Shown here piece by piece: positions 61,189 to 64,000 of a DNA stretch of 64,000 bases. This DNA is from Eledone cirrhosa (Eukaryota), in assembly GCA_964016885.1 (NCBI GenBank), contig OZ024744.1, forward strand, positions 115,010,001 through 115,074,000. Direction: 5' to 3'. Made by a program: the position numbers and the translations under genes. Each line of letters starts with the position of its first letter. Positions within the stretch are counted from its first letter, which is position 1. The notes beneath the pieces are model-generated. The model worked only from the letters and a program-made list of their open reading frames with translations. It did not search any database and had not been told where the DNA came from.

Positions 61189-61322
61189 CAGTCAAATAGA
61201 AGTGCATGAGTTGCAACAGAAGCTGCATGCTGTGAGAAGAGAATACAACCAGCTGCAGGAACAAGTTGTCATCAAACAGACAAACGACAATGAAGTGATA
61301 CGTAAACAACAGATCATGTCAA
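61189..61322 (+). CDS. LEKR1: LEKR1-like exon 7
   Basis: ttctgcag|c agt caa ... tca a|gtaggt; 134 nt, phase 2-1, SQIEVHELQQKLHAVRREYNQLQEQ... Confidence 0.75.
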
Positions 61323-61715
61323 GTAGGTTTATTGGTTTTACTTAGCCTCACCTTTAACATTGAAAATACATACTTACATATATATGTACATAAATATATC
61401 TATATATATGTACATTAACGGTTCAAATTCTGTCCAGACGGAACTTAAACCGTTAAGTTCTTCTTCCTGGATATGTCACTATTTATAAAACACACTTTGT
61501 ATTTCATCTCATGAGAGCGTACCAAAGTTTTGGTACCCTTGAAATATATATAATAGAATGACAGGATAATTAAATATAGTTTCCATTTGTTTAATATCAT
61601 TGATATTATACTCCAGAAAACTTGTTGAGTGCTTCGAATCTGTTATAAATATATTTGTTGAATTACCAGCAAATTGAATATCCCTTTGCTTATATATGTA
61701 CATATATATATATAG

Positions 61716-61778
<63 letters not shown>

Positions 61779-61966
61779 TATATGTCTATCGCTTCAGGAA
61801 TTCAGAAATAAGACAGATGAAGAAAGATGTCAGAGTACATTTGTAGATCAGTATATTATAGTAGCAAAGACTTGTGCAATGCAAGTACTACTCTCTGAGT
61901 ATCTGCTGTTAGAGTCCAGTGACATGCCAAAGCAAGATGACTGGGAGCTGGTTCAACTCCCAGTAT

Positions 61967-62362
61967 AAATACACCCAGTACACTCTGTAAAGTGGTAGTG
62001 TTGGTGTCATGATAAAATACACCCAGTACACTCTGTAAAGTGGTAGTGTTGGTGTCATGATAAAATACACCCAGTACACTCTGTAAAGTGGTAGTGCTGG
62101 TGTCATGATAAAATACACCCAGTACACTCTGTTATGTGGTAGTGTTGGTGTCATGATAAAATACTCCCAGTACACTCTGTAAAGAGGTAGTGTTGGTGTC
62201 ATGATAAAATACACCCAGTACACTCTGTAAAGTGGTAGTGTTGGTGTCATGATAAAATACATCCAGTACACTCTGTAAAGAGGTAGTGTTGGTGTCATGA
62301 TAAAATACACCCAGTACACTCTGTAAAGTGGTAGTGTTGGTGTCATGATAAAATACACCCAG
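61967..62362 (+). repeat. 48-bp minisatellite (~8 units) derived from the RTE 3'UTR motif
   Basis: Unit acacccagtacactctgtaaagtggtagtgttggtgtcatgataaaat; compare 58255-58320 and 58560-58615. Confidence 0.92.
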
Positions 62363-62560
62363 TCGAGGTGGCATTGTTGTTGTTGTTGTGGTAGTGAGTG
62401 GTGGCAGCAGCAGTGGTGGGGTAAGGAGGTCAATGAAAATTATGGTAGGGATGATGATGATATTGATGATGATTTACTAAAATAAATATAATATTTGTGG
62501 TAAAAGTACTTTGTTAGTTGATGAGGTATCATTAAAATGTGTCCCTAATCACTATTTCAG

Positions 62561-62630
62561 CACTTGTAGAACAACTGAGAGATTCTGAGGGAAACCTTCG
62601 CCATGAAGTTGATTCATTGAAGAAAGAAAG
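62561..62630 (+). CDS. LEKR1: LEKR1-like exon 8 (gene continues beyond the window)
   Basis: tatttcag|ca ctt gta ... gaa ag|gtaggg; 70 nt, phase 1-2, LVEQLRDSEGNLRHEVDSLKKE. Confidence 0.75.
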
Positions 62631-62671
62631 GTAGGGGTCTCCAGATTTTAACATTGTCTCTAGTGTACACA

Positions 62672-64000
62672 ACCCCTTTATAGTCAGTAGTGGGTAGTAA
62701 TTTATGTCATGACACCTACATGACCCCTTTATAGTCAGTACTGGGTAATTTATGTCATGACACCTACATGACCCCTTTATAGTCAGTAATGGGTAATTTA
62801 TGTCATGACACCTACATGACCCCTTTATAGTCAGTACTGGGTAATTTATGTCATGACACCTACATGACCCCTTTATAGTCAGTAATGGGTAATTTATGTC
62901 ATGACACCTACATGACCCCTTTATAGTCAGTACTGGGTAATTTATGTCATGACACCTACATGACCACTTTATGGTCAGTACTGGGTAATTTATGTCATGA
63001 CACCTACATGACCACTTTACAGTGTGTACTGGGTACTTTTTGTTGTGACACCTACATGACCACTTTACAGTGTGTACTGGGTACTTTTTGTTGTGACACC
63101 TACATGACCACTTTACAGTGTGTACTGGGTACTTTTTGTTGTGACACCTACATGACCACTTTACAGTGTGTACTGGGTACTTTTTGTTGTGACACCTTCA
63201 TGACCACTTTAAAGTGTGTACTGGGTACTTTTTGTCATGACACCTACATGACCATTTTACAGTGTGTACTGGGTACTTTTTGTTGTGACACCTACATGAC
63301 CACTTTACAAAGTGTACTCGGTACTTTTTGTTGTGACACCTACGTGACCACTTTACAGTGTGTACTGGGTACTTTTTGTTGTGACACCTAAATGACCAAT
63401 TTACAGTGTGGACTGGGTACTTTTTGATGTGACAGCCATATGACCACTTTACAGTGTGGACTGGGTACTTTTTGTGGTGACACCTACTAGACCACTTTAC
63501 TGTGTCGACTGGGTGCTTTTCGTTGTGACATCTACAAGACCACTTTACAGTGTGTACTGGGTACATTTTGTGATACCTACATGATCACTTTACAGTGTGT
63601 ACTGGGTACTTTTTTGTTGTGACACCTACATGACCACTTCACAGTGTGTACTGGGTACTTTTGTGATACCTACATGACCACTTTACAGTGCATACTGGGT
63701 ACTTTTTGTCATGACACCTACATGACCACTTTACAGTGTGTACTCGGTACTTTTTGTTGTGACACCTACATGACCACTTTACAGTGTGTACAGGGTACTT
63801 TTTGTTGTGACACCTACATGACTACCTTACAGTGTGTACTGGTTACTTTTTGTTGTGACACCTACATGACTACCTTACAGAGAGAACTGGGTACTTTTTG
63901 TTGTGACACCTACATGACCACATTACAGTGTGTACTGGGTAATTTTTGTTGTGACACCTACATGACCACTTTACCGTATGTACTGAGTACCTTTTGTTGT
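62672..64000 (-). repeat. 48-bp minisatellite (>27 units, two sub-variants), same RTE 3'UTR motif in the opposite orientation
   Basis: Unit gacacctacatgaccactttacagtgtgtactgggtactttttgttgt. Confidence 0.93.

Noticed and set aside
61909-63566. 16-aa repeat ORFs
   Set aside because: Translations of the 48-bp RTE-3'UTR-derived arrays.

Overview
Repeat-dense, AT-rich animal genomic DNA. The SINE/RTE/microsatellite landscape suggests a coleoid cephalopod such as Octopus (inference). One host gene is recognisable: a LEKR1-like coiled-coil gene on the + strand with 8 phase-consistent GT-AG coding exons (13787-62630, about 380 aa, continuing beyond the window) and a 28 kb intron 4. The rest is satellites and minisatellites (51, 26, 40, 65, 39, 47 and 48 bp units, several visibly derived from retroelements), decayed non-LTR retrotransposons (RTE, L1/Tx1, R4/Dong-like, Penelope-like), two tRNA-SINE families, a young non-coding LTR element with a tRNA-Trp PBS, and an interstitial (TTAGGG)9 run. 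The most notable unannotated signal is a set of small non-coding elements sitting in (TA)n tracts that carry type I hammerhead ribozyme motifs from several sequence families. Some are fold-back palindromes with a hammerhead on each strand. A stop-free Thr/Ala-rich ORF of at least 2788 codons runs antisense through the 51-bp array and is missing from the ORF track. All structures and alignments were read by eye; no searches were run.
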